From Podospora anserina (lineage: Eukaryota), in contig JAFMPO010000001.1 in NCBI GenBank assembly GCA_017654855.1, positions 310,001 to 374,000 on the forward strand: a DNA stretch of 64,000 bases, read 5' to 3'. Below are positions 1 through 11,209 of this stretch, in pieces (positions within the stretch are counted from its first letter, which is position 1; every line of letters starts with the position of its first letter). The notes beneath the pieces were generated by a model. It made no database searches. It was not told the DNA's origin and saw nothing but the letters and a program-made list of their open reading frames with translations. The position numbers and the translations under genes were made by a program.

Positions 1-688
1 CTGCAAAGGTGCTGCGGGGTCAATCCAGCTCTCGATCAATCATCGACGAGACAGCAAAAGCGCTCACTGCCGCAGGCGCACTGTTGTGTGACTTGATGGG
101 ACACATTTTTTGTTGCTTGTGGCTCAGAATCCGGCCCTGTCAGTGGTCGTCAACTGTGCTTGCTGCAATCGAGGTTGCCTTGACAGGACAATATTGACCA
201 ATCACCTTCGTCTGCTTCCGATAGATAGTTGGACGTGATTTGATCAAGGGCCTGACATGCTTGGAAGAAAGAGGGCATGTTGCCTGGACAGTATTGTTTG
301 ACACACACGGCCAAGGATGGGAATGCTCAATCCGAGCAGAGCTCATGGTTCGAACGAAGCGCTGTCCTGTATAAGAACCGGCTGATGGCCCAAGCTTCTC
401 GATCCTCAGCGGCAGCCCCTACTCGGGCTCGCGTTCCGGTTCCGCGGGTTTTGGGTGATCCCCTCACTGCACATCCCACGGCCACTTTCTCTATCGAACA
501 GTGCAACATCAACCGTCGTACAGGCGAAGCACCCACCCGACGAATTGTCCTGGGCCCGGAGATCTGTTTCTTATCACTGCATTCGCCTTGTGAAAGTCCC
601 CTTATCAGAGGTAATCGTCTTAGACCCCCGCTTAACACACGCCAGCAGCGTGTGTGTTAAGCAGCGGATTGCTGGACTGTCCGCAAAT

Positions 689-3274
689 ATGGAGGAACTG
701 CCTGAGCTGGCCGATAATAATGATCACTCGGCAAAGAGAGCCGTAGGTAGCACGTCCCTCACTACATGATGGTTGAAGAACGGTCGATAATTTCGCCGTG
801 TCAGACTTTTGGTGATATCGAAGTTAACACTGACAAATATGTTTCGGACAGTGTGACCAGTGTCGGCAGCGGAAGGTGTGTATATTCACTTCCACCATCA
901 ATGTTCGACAGAAGTGCTAAGTCGAAGTGCCGGGTAGATTCGTTGTGATAGAGAGTTGCCTGTATGTTCAAACTGTAGAACTGCCAGTCGAAGTTGTAGC
1001 TCGACCGGCCTCGGCCAGAAGCCTCGCGAACCCAGGCAGAGAGTTCTCATCACCCATCAATAGTGAGGAAATGCCCGTCTTCATTGTTGCCCATGTCTGT
1101 CGGTACCCCCTTCTGGGAAGACTAACACCCACCCATTTGGTTGTTTGCAGTGAGAGAAAGATCGATAGTCTCGACTCCCGCCTGGGAACCATCGAGAAGA
1201 TGCTGCACAACTTGACCGTCTCCCTCAACAACCGAGGCCCACCAACAGCATCCTCGAGTATCTCTCCTACACTCGAGTCAGCAGCAGCAGCCTCGTCATC
1301 AGCCCCTCGTGAGAATAGTGCAGATGCCTTGTTTGGTGCTGACAAAGACAACGAGAGCGATGACTTCGAGGCTACCGCTTTGATGAAGGAGCATACCGCA
1401 TTTGCGACTCAATTCATCGAAAACACCACATTTCCATTCCTCGATCCAGAGATGCGGGCGGCATTCTTGTCCCTGCAGGAGCTTGTCAAACTCCAAAACA
1501 TCGAGAATGCCCGCCATGATGCGCGGTTCACCACTGCGAAACCTCTCCCAAAAGGCGGCTGGGCTGAACTGCCTATGCCGTCTGCTGATATAGTTCTCAG
1601 TGTCCTGCGCGAGATCAAACGTTTGTCAATACGTTATCCCTCTCCTGAAGGTCTTGTAAGTACTGACTCGAGCACAGAACACCCTCCTATGGGCTTTCCA
1701 GCAATTGCCACATTCACCGGCATCGAGGACTTTCCCGACAACGTTCGCAGGGTCTATTTTGCGACTGAAGAGTACAGTTTAATGCAATGGGGGATCGTGA
1801 ATTTGGGCTTGTACTTCACCCTGCAAGAGAGAGGGGCTGCGTCAGAAGGGGATCGTCAAGTTCAACTGTTCGAGGCTTCGTTTCTTTGCCGGGATAACAT
1901 CGAAACCGCGCTTACAAATCTCCCTCTTTTGTTACCGCAGCGCAGAGAGAGTGTCGAGCTTCTAATAATGGCTGTATGTATCAGCAGTGTCCTATCCTGT
2001 TCACGATGCGGGACTGATCCATAGAGCAGACGATGTACGCCATCGAGGAGTCGAAATACTCGCTCGCCCGAGATTTCATCACTATAGCGGCTAATATTTG
2101 CCAGACTCTGGGCTATCACCGAGCCCGTAGTCCGAGCACCACGGAGTCTGAGCATAAAGCGATGTTATTTTGGACAACATACATCTTCGATAGCGCCCTG
2201 TCACTGCGAGCTGGACGGCCGACCGCAATCCAGGACTGGGACATAACAATCCCTAGAGAGATCGGTCCCAAGGTCAAGAACGTAGATCCACTCTGGAAGA
2301 TTGGTCAAGCTCAGTATGTTGACTGTTGGCGGTCTCATTGTGCACCATGTATCCGGCTAATTTATCGATAGGTGGATCAGCTGGAGCGAAGTTATGGGAA
2401 GGACGTACAGAGAGCTCTACAGCCCTGAGGCTCTGGCCCGAACCGCTGAGAAGCGTGCCGAAAACGCGCGCCAGCTGGCTCAAGCACTCCAGGATGTGGC
2501 AGCACGGTCAGCTCCGCTGATTGAGCATGTCGTCGAGAAAATGAAGATGTCCGGGGGCTATAATGCCCAGGCACGCTTCTCATTCGATATAGCAGTCGTC
2601 GGTGATGCTCTGGTTCAATGGTCAGTTTTGACTCTGATCTACCGTGCAATCCCAACTCTACCGGGGTCGCCAAGTACCTTCAACCCAGAGTGCATCCATG
2701 CAGCACGGGAAGCATTCTCTAGTCACGAGGGTTGCATGGCATTGTGTGGTGAGAGCCTGTTCATGAAGGCAGGGTATATTCAGTGGTATGTGTTCGCCCC
2801 ATCTTCCATGACCATGTGCTTAACACAGCATGCAGGAATATTCTCTATATCCCTTTCATCCCTCTCGTCGTGCTCTTCTGCCACACCATCGAAACGGCAA
2901 ACGAAGAAGACCTTGATATACTGGTGAGATTCACCGAGGGCTTGGAACCTGTGGCGCCCGTTTCCTCAGGAGTTACCAAGCTGTATCGGATATCGCAGGT
3001 GCTGGTAAACATTGCCAGTCTGTGGCTCCAAACCAGAAAGCAGGGACAGCAAGATCATAACATGAGTATGGTTGGAGACAACGTCGAGATGTACTTGAAC
3101 CAGTTAGGTTTCATGCCGCAGCATTCCCAACAGGACCACACGTATGGGATCGGAGGGCCGGCAGGATTCGGCTATGATATGGACCAGTCTGCTCAGCTGG
3201 CGAACTGGTTCTCGGGGAACACGCATATTTTTGGCCTGATGGAGGAAGATCTGTCGGGGTTCCAAGGTTTCTAG
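689..3274 (+). CDS. Zn(II)2Cys6 fungal-specific transcription factor (multi-exon)
   Basis: Splicing exons 689-742, 852-875 and 938-~1062 gives MEELPELADNNDHSAKRA-CDQCRQRKIRCDRELPVCSNCRTASRSC, a six-Cys binuclear cluster. Later exons carry a Fungal_trans-like motif (LFWTTYIFDSALSLRAGRP). Stop TAG at 3272-3274. Confidence 0.9.
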
Positions 3275-3395
3275 TCCGGCCAGACAGGGTAGCATGAGAT
3301 CGTAAGGCTGTAACAACTTCTTCCAAGACTACCCAAACGGCACCACGATGCGATGTTGGCTGTATGATTCCCATATGATGTTAAAAGAGAGGGGC

Positions 3396-3896
3396 TCAAT
3401 CAGTGGGCTTCCGTGGATCGTAAACTTCATATCCCTCGTCCTCTGTGTCGCTCTCTACGAGTTCGCTTTTCGGTGCTAGCACACTACTGGATCCTGTCAC
3501 CTCGGATTTAGGAGCAGTGGCTGTTTTCGTGTCTGCTGGTGGTCCGCTGGCTCCAGCTACTGGCACAAATGCTGACTTGAAACCTGTCTTTTTGAAGCCG
3601 CCCTTTTTGAACCCCCCTCCACCCGTCGATGCCGCTGCCTCGCCAAGCTTGATGCTGATGACGCCCTCGGCCTTTTGTTCTTGTCGTCGGGCGCGGGCAA
3701 TGGCGTTGGGGTCCTTGACCATTGCTTTCATGTCCTTCAAACGTTGCTTGTGGGTGTGGTCGTAGGAACTGAGGTGGGCTTCGTAGTCATTGTTGCGGCT
3801 GTAGCCCTTCTGGCAGAGCTGACAATAGAAAGCCTGTCGGGCTTCTCGCGCCGACGAAGTTTGGGCCGGAGGAAGAGTCTGGTTTCGGGGAGGCAT
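3396..3896 (-). CDS. Small C2H2 (U1/matrin-type) zinc-finger protein, 166 aa
   Basis: FYCQLCQKGYSRNNDYEAHLSSYDHTH resembles the GPATCH8/ZNF804-type finger. Has GGFKKGGFKK repeats and an acidic C-terminus; single ATG-initiated ORF. Confidence 0.85.
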   Translation of the reverse strand: MPPRNQTLPPAQTSSAREARQAFYCQLCQKGYSRNNDYEAHLSSYDHTHKQRLKDMKAMVKDPNAIARARRQEQKAEGVISIKLGEAAASTGGGGFKKGGFKKTGFKSAFVPVAGASGPPADTKTATAPKSEVTGSSSVLAPKSELVESDTEDEGYEVYDPRKPTD

Positions 3897-4291
3897 CGGG
3901 GGCAGTCGTAGGTATCGAATATCGGACGCGGTGAGTGACGGGAGGAGATGAGCGCCGCGTGGTTGTCAAAGAATTTAGCCTTGATCGGACATCTGAACTT
4001 GCAACGAGTAAGAAAAAGGGACAAAGTAATCACAAGGGTGCTTGTGCTCAAATGAGGTGTGCCAAGCCTGGGGGCCCTGAACAGTGTGGGGTTAGAGTCG
4101 GGTTTAGTGGGCGTTGTTCCCCAGGGTCCGCCAAGTTCAGATGCCAACAACGGCTCAACCAACGCATCGTTTCGGGGCTCAACAATTCCAAGGCTGGAAA
4201 AAAAGCACAGAAGCCATCACTGAGGATTCTGCACTGCGCTTTCTTTGAGACAGGCCGGGTCACGCCGTGTTTGTCTCCCCCTTCATCCACC

Positions 4292-5394
4292 ATGGAGTAC
4301 CATACGTTACGATCAAGAGCTTCTCAGGACACTCTTGTGTCCAACGCTTCTACTTCGCTCTCCCTGCTCGAACTGGATCCAACACCAATGGACTCTCCTG
4401 CCTCCGTCCCATACACCGACAAAGACCTCCCACCACTACCTGAGCAGCCAGAAGAATCACTCTCGGACTCGACACACTCGCTCCGGTCCAACCCGACAAC
4501 TACTTCCAGCGTCGGGTTAAGCGGCGCCGGTCATGGGCCAATCTTCTACTGCAAGCTCCTCCGCCGTTGACGCTTTCCTGACTCTGCGCTAACAAACAGC
4601 CTTCAGTAACACGAATCCAGCGCTACTCGTCGTACACATTTTCACTGTTCACGACCCTACATCTGGCTACAACCTCGGTCATCCCCGTCCTCGCCCGTTC
4701 CGTGCCCGCCTCCGAGTCGTACCTCCTCCTAGCGCGCGAGATCTACCAAACACCACTCTCCGAACCGTTGCTCGTCGCTTTACCAGTCGTAGTCCACATC
4801 GGTGCGGGGATAGCCACCCGCCTTATTCGAAGGTCGCAAAATCTCAAGCGGTACTATGGCGACGACCATCATCACAGAAAGGGCAGTGTGCCAGCAAAGC
4901 AGACCCCCACTCTGAGGAGCGGATGGCCCACCTTCAGCTACATTGCCGCGTCAGGATACGGCTTCACCGCCATCTTCGCGGCGCACGCATTCATGAATCG
5001 GGGCTTGCCACTTCTAGTAGAAGGTGACAGTGCCAACATCGGGTTGGCGTTCGTAGCGCATGGGTTTGCGAAGCATCCTGTTATCTCCTGGACCTCGTTT
5101 GTGTCGTTGATCGGTCTCGGTGTGGGGCACATGGTCTGGGGGTGGGCGAAGTGGGTTGGGGCGGCGCAGGGTGCCGGTTGGCAGCTTGAGAGGCACACTG
5201 GGAATGCGGCGGTTGACAAGCAAACCAAGAAGAAGAGAAGGAGAAGGTTGCTGGTTATCAATGGAGTTGCTGCTATTGGGTGCGTGATGTGGGCTGCTGG
5301 TGGTCTTGGGATAGTAGCCAGGGGGGGCGAGACATTGGGGTGGGTTGGGAAGCTGTACGATGGCCTGTACGAGAAGGTGCCTGGCCTCTTTTGA
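4292..5394 (+). CDS. MCP1: Mitochondrial membrane protein of the Mcp1/DUF1691 family
   Basis: Exon 1 (4292-4550) joins across a GC-AG intron (4551-4606) to LTRIQRYSSYTFSLFTTLHL...LLAREIYQ...HIGAG..., followed by several hydrophobic helices with conserved His residues. Confidence 0.75.
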
Positions 5395-5721
5395 AGGGGA
5401 TCAGGTCTGATACTTTGTTTTGAAATGGCTTCCTTTCTTGTCATGGACAAGACTGGAGTCATACGATTTGATGAGTGCATTTCCGTCTACATAGAGATCT
5501 TCATGGCGGATACCCTGAGCAAAGTCATGGTGGCAACGGAAAAGGTGTTGGGAGGTGGTCATACATCAACTGGATTATCTTGCATACTGCATAGCGTGTA
5601 TTTAACAACGTATATAGGCATATAACATATTTGGTCAACCCAATTTTGGATCTTGGTCTGCTCTTAGGCCTTCGACAGGCGCATTCTCCTCTTCATTCTA
5701 CTTCTTATGTCCGACATTCCC

Positions 5722-6088
5722 TCAGGGCTCATCGCAAAGCTTGTACCGGGTAACATATCTGTCCAATCCCCAGTCACAGCCGTAGCATTCACACATCTAG
5801 CCCGTCCTGCTGTTAGCAATTGTCTCACTCCTGGTGAGAGAGGGTATAGCCTACGTTCTTCTTGCCTCCTGGCACACAAGTCCACAGTCTTTCCGCATTT
5901 TGGCTGCTGCCATCTCCATTGGCCCCAATGATTCCGTTCCAGCAAGCCGAAGCATCAATCATATCTCTGCAGGTCTCGACATTGGTCGCAGTAACCGGAC
6001 AAGGGCCAGTCACGTTGTGTTGGCGGCCGTATAGGGCTGGGGAGGCGATCGCCAGCGTGGCAGTAGCGAGTAGTATGAGAAGCTTCAT
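5722..6088 (-). CDS. Small secreted cysteine-rich protein (~102 aa, 8 Cys)
   Basis: Signal peptide MKLLILLATATLAIA. One GTAGGC...GCTAAC...CTAG intron, then exon 2 MCECYGCDWGLDRYVTRYKLCDEP*. TATA-like TATATAT lies ~75-80 bp upstream. Confidence 0.8.
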
Positions 6089-7044
6089 GTTGTAATCGGT
6101 TTTAGAGTCTTCGCCAAAAGGACTGGATCCTGAAAACAGGTCTTAGGGACGTGCATGGCCGATATATAATCCACAACAACTCCCCTATCAAGATTTGCTT
6201 GTGCGGGTGAATCAACCTTCTGGATGATCTACAAGTTCCCCGCACCAATGCCAATACTTACTGTTGACCTTGTATATTGTTGCGCTTCATCTATTCGACC
6301 GGCTGGTCCCGACTAGGAAGCTTTGGAAATGGGGGGTTGTTTAGCCTAGATTAAAATGCCTGATAGGCACATCGGGAGTTGTTAGACACAAACTCAGGGG
6401 TAAAACGCTCCTCAAGACCTTACATGATTATGCACTTGAGACGCTTCGAGAACGTGGTCGTAATCTCCTCTTGCAGATATTTGGAGAAGTTAATTCGCGG
6501 GGTGGTCAGTGAAACAGGGCCAGATCGGATAATGCCGACGGCTTCGATGCAACGAAGAAGACGGTCCACTACGTGTAAGCATGAGAGCTTCACTCAAACA
6601 CAAAGTGAAATACAGAAGTGCATTGTTGTGTGGATATCTTGACAGAATTCCGAGCAGCTAATGGCTGCTCGTCACAGTAACTATACCACCAATGGAGTAA
6701 ACCACACGCGGGGAACTTCACCAAGACATCGATGTCATTACAATAGGATTCTCGGCTCTTTTGATTCAAAAACAGATCAATCACAGGCAAACAAACACCT
6801 TTTGTCGGTGAAGAAAACACCCAATGTCTTAAACGATGATGTCATCGGCTCACTCTCACTTGGGGGCCGGCCTCTCGGGACCGCCCGCCTGCACGAACAG
6901 TCCCTGCTTTTTGGTTCTGGAACGGACAACTCAAACGCCCCTGAGAGCGGACCGCTAATCAGTACAGAAAGATCGGACGCTATTTGATAGAGCTTATTCG
7001 GACCTACTGGACGCCATCTTTCGTCTCAATGCCAGCCGCCATCA

Positions 7045-8814
7045 ATGACGTTACTTTGTTTGCTAAATCGGGGAAGAGCTGCTCGCGGCCTTCGATCCAC
7101 GTCACATGCATCCTCCACGATATGTTGCGGCAGACATAATGTCAACATAAATCCCACACCAACCGCCGCCGGGGGATCACAGCTCAGATTGAACCTCACC
7201 AACACCTACCCACGGTACTGTGCTACAGCAAGCCAACCACTTCACACCATGGGATCCGTTGATAAATCAAGCCTGGCAGGCATTGACCTTCCAATAATCA
7301 AGCTCGATACCACACTCACCGAGCTCTTCAGACGAGCGAGCCCACAAAACGCAAGCACCCGTTTGGGAATGGTGTTTTGCGGTGTCAACAGCGGCGTTGA
7401 CCTCAACCCAGATTTTCCACGCAACACAAAATACCTCTATCAAGACAGCCCTTTCAACACCGTCCCTCGGAAAGAGCTCACACGAAAGAACCACGACCTC
7501 AGGAAGTCCCTAGCTATGAAGTATCTCAGCCTCATCCCCCAAAGAGACGCCTTCATCGCAGGTCCATCCCCAGTGATCATGTTCAACATGAACCAGTCCC
7601 CCGCCACAGTCGCCCACGATCGTGAAGAAGCCACCACCACCCTCTCCGTCCTCGACCCCTCCCAAAGACCCAACCTTGTCTTCTGCCCCGGCCCGTCCAA
7701 GATCCCCATGAAAGAATACGGCATCGACAAGATCACCTACAAAATCGTCGCTGACAGCCTGGAGTCATATCCCCTAACCCACTCCCTAGAAACCCACTGG
7801 ATCCTCAACTCCAAAGCCGGCCTCGCCAGGTCCGGTCTTCCCACGCCCAGGTGCGACATCATCTCCGTCAAGGGACACCCCCCAGCCTCTCCCAGATCCT
7901 GCTGCGACGCCTGCCGCGCAGACAAGCGATCCAACGATTTGACATTCATCCCCGAATCTTGCTCCGGCCCAAGCGGTCAATGGGTGAAGACCGAATCTGC
8001 CAAAGTTCTCTCTGCCATCTCCTCCCGGCCGGTGCCGTTTGTTCTCAAGAACCAGCAGGTTTTCGGCGGAGCGGGAACCTGGGTGGTGACCACGCAAGAA
8101 GAAAAAGACGATTTGCTGTCTGATTTTTCCAGCCCCGACGGCCCCCTGAGGAAGTTGCTGTCCCAAGTCACTCCCGAGAATCATCACATGGATCCCGCGG
8201 CGGTGGTGATCTCGGATATGGTCTCCAACCCCATCGGGGACTACGGCTTGACCTTTTTTGTCAATGAGGACGGGGAGCCTGTTTTCTTGGCGGCATCAGA
8301 GCAAATGATTGATGGGAATAACGCCTGGGTTGGCAGCACCATAGTCTACTCGAGGCAGGAGGCACTGTACGAGAGATTCCAAGTGTTGATGTCGCGGACT
8401 GCGGAATTTGTGGCGAAACATGGGTATGTCGGGCCGGTGGGGATCGATGTTTTGGAGACGGGGACAGAAGGGGAGACGGAGACGCATTGTGGGGAGAGAA
8501 CAAAGTTTCACGTGGTGGATTTGAATGTTAGGACGTCGGGGAGTCTGGCCTTGCCGTTGTTGAAGGGGCATTTCACTCAAAGGGGGCTGGATTGCGCCAG
8601 CAGTTTTGGCATTACGGTCAAGGGCGGAAGGGAGGAGTTTGTGAGGAAGTGGAGGAGGGAGTTTGAGGAGGGAAGGATGTTTGTGTTGAGTTGGTATGAG
8701 GATCGGGAGGAGGGGGCGAGCATTGCGGATGTGGTTGTGGGGGCGGAAAACGAGGAGGGGTTGCAAGGGATGATTGAGCGGGTTAGGGAGGGCAGCGAGG
8801 AGGTTGTTTTCTAA
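7045..8814 (+). CDS. Stand-alone ATP-grasp fold protein (alternative in-frame start ATG 7249)
   Basis: Intronless 589-aa ORF with ATP-grasp hallmarks PFVLKNQQVFGGAGTW, GYVGPVGIDVLE and VVDLNVRTSGS. Confidence 0.85.
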   Translation: MTLLCLLNRGRAARGLRSTSHASSTICCGRHNVNINPTPTAAGGSQLRLNLTNTYPRYCATASQPLHTMGSVDKSSLAGIDLPIIKLDTTLTELFRRASPQNASTRLGMVFCGVNSGVDLNPDFPRNTKYLYQDSPFNTVPRKELTRKNHDLRKSLAMKYLSLIPQRDAFIAGPSPVIMFNMNQSPATVAHDREEATTTLSVLDPSQRPNLVFCPGPSKIPMKEYGIDKITYKIVADSLESYPLTHSLETHWILNSKAGLARSGLPTPRCDIISVKGHPPASPRSCCDACRADKRSNDLTFIPESCSGPSGQWVKTESAKVLSAISSRPVPFVLKNQQVFGGAGTWVVTTQEEKDDLLSDFSSPDGPLRKLLSQVTPENHHMDPAAVVISDMVSNPIGDYGLTFFVNEDGEPVFLAASEQMIDGNNAWVGSTIVYSRQEALYERFQVLMSRTAEFVAKHGYVGPVGIDVLETGTEGETETHCGERTKFHVVDLNVRTSGSLALPLLKGHFTQRGLDCASSFGITVKGGREEFVRKWRREFEEGRMFVLSWYEDREEGASIADVVVGAENEEGLQGMIERVREGSEEVVF

Positions 8815-9546
8815 TTGTTTTTCTTGGGGGTTTTCTGGGTTTGTATCAAGTAGGCGGTTTTTATCATTAGCAAGCCGGTGTTGTGGTCCAGAGTCAGATC
8901 GACTTTCTGTTTGATATGAGAGAAGCAATGATTTTAGTGGACGATCCGTTAATTCCCAAGTATACTACAGTCCACGGCTCTCAAGGAAAAATGGCTAGGT
9001 CCCATATTCGGACCTTGAAATACCACCGGCAGTTGAAGCCCTACTGCTTCCAACGTGGTACGGCAGATCACCGTTGCATCCAGCCCCTCTTTGAGTCTGG
9101 TTCCCCTTCTCCAATATTTCTTAGTCACTGCTTCCTCAGCTCACAGGAGCCAGTCCGCAGGCGGGGAACTTTCTATTGTTTCCCGCTAAAGGCAAAGAAG
9201 GCAACGCAGGTTAAGCATGGTGTCTGAGCGGGTACCATTCATAAAGAGTCTGGGGAAGGTCTATGCAATGATCGCCGCCGTTAATGGCAAGGTAAGTCTC
9301 CGTTGGCTTTTCGATTGGTGCGCGAGGACACCATCTGGATGGCTGAGAAACAATAGTTTGTACTGCAAAGTGTGGCACCTCAATTGGAGATACGCTGGTT
9401 TGTAAAGGAGAGGATCATTAAACCCAACATCAGGGCCCGACTCCCGCTGTTGTGCTCCTGACTCTTCTTGCTTTTTGGGCGGGCATCTTCCGCACGTTGG
9501 AATATCTGACACGAAATTCGAAGAATAGTTAGAGACAATCAAGATC

Positions 9547-10552
9547 ATGTCAACCCAAAGCGAGCCAGCAACGAGCTCCAATGGCGTCCGGGTGGTGGGC
9601 GACGAGGAGAAGGGCCTCCACAGAACGCAAACTGGGGTGACAATGTCCCCAGAGCTCTTCGAGAAACTCTACCTCACACCAAAAGTTCCCCATGTTGGGG
9701 ACAACAACAGACGCTTTGCGAATCCTACGGCATTGGGGTTTGTCGGGTGAGTGATGGGCGTGCAGTGGACAAATATAAATACTGACGACACCATAGCTTC
9801 GTGATCTCAACCTTCACCTTTTCAATCGTCTGTATGGGATGGGGTGGAGCCTCAGGATTCTCTCCTGTCGTGTAAGTCAGCAATGTACAGGCCAGAACAG
9901 AGAGCTGACTGATACATAATCAAAAACAGGGGGATCTTCTTCTTCGTCGGCCCCGTCCTCCTCCTCTTCGCAATGGTCTTCGAGTGGATAATGGGGAACT
10001 TCTTTCCCATGATGGTCATGGGCCTGTTCGCCGTGTTCTGGCTGAGTTTCGGAATGCTCCAGCTCCCAACTTTGCAACTGGCTGCTCCATATGCCACCGA
10101 TGCTGATCCGACAGGACTTGCCTCACGCGAATACAACACCGTCATTGCGCTGTATTTGATTGTCTGGGGGTTCGCCCTATTCACCTTCTTCATCTTCACC
10201 TGCAAGATCAACGCTGTCTTTGCCACTATTTTCTTGCTGGTCAGCCTTGGAGCCTGGGTGTTGAGTGGTGCATACTTTCGAGCAAGTGCCGGGGACTTTG
10301 ATGGTGCTGGGAAACTGCAAAAGGTGAGAGACTTCCACCGAATGAAGACGTCGAGGCTAACACATCTGGTAATCACAGGCGGGTGGTGCATTATTGTTCA
10401 TAGTGGCATTGCTAGGATGGTACATGTGTTTCATCATCATGGCGGGAGAAATGCGCATCACGCTGAGTCTTCCAGTTGGCGATTTAAGCCATCTCTGGCC
10501 TAAGACTGATGTCGAGTTAGCGACAGTTGAGCAGCGTGAGCATCGGGATTGA
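9547..10552 (+). CDS. GPR1/FUN34/YaaH (acetate uptake) family transporter, AlcS-like
   Basis: SPELFEKLYL and FANPTALG (family motif FANPAPLG), about 6 hydrophobic helices, three GT-AG introns. Stop TGA at 10550-10552. Confidence 0.88.
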
Positions 10553-11209
10553 GGAAGGGGTTAAACCATTGAGCACATCGTTACTGGTGCAGGGAGTTTC
10601 AAACATTGAACATGTTTAATGCACACCCATGAGCCACCTACAGTCCTACACACTCATCTGGCAACTGAAATGGTCAGATGGCTCAACAGGTAAGCCGTAG
10701 GAGGGGGTTTTTCCGGTGAGCTTTTTTGGTAATACTTTTTCGATGGTGACTTCCTGCGATTGTTTGATTTGAAGCAAAAGACCCTTGATAGGGGAAACCA
10801 AGTGTCCTGAGGTGGGAGCAAATCCTCCGGGAGCCGCCCCACTGCTGCGCTCCACAATCGCACCTTCCGCATCTTCACCTCATATCAGGCTGTCATTGAA
10901 GGTATTCGAGAAGAATCTCAATGCATCTTTCAAACCTTCCACACTGTTTCATCCGTTGGGCTTTGGAAGGAGGGAAGCTACCACAAGCAAGGACCCACAA
11001 TGAGGCAAACCGCAGCTTCATTGGCATCTGATTGGTCAATTGGCGTGTAAGTGAGAGGATCTATCGTCATCGATCTTTAAGATCGACCACAGCAGCTCAA
11101 TCCATGACGAAATCGAACCTGGAGGGCCCATAGGAGCTTAATCCTACCCTTAAAGAGCTTCCAGTTCTTTTTATTGCCTCCAAGCGTTTTGAACCTCCAA
11201 AGAAAAGCC

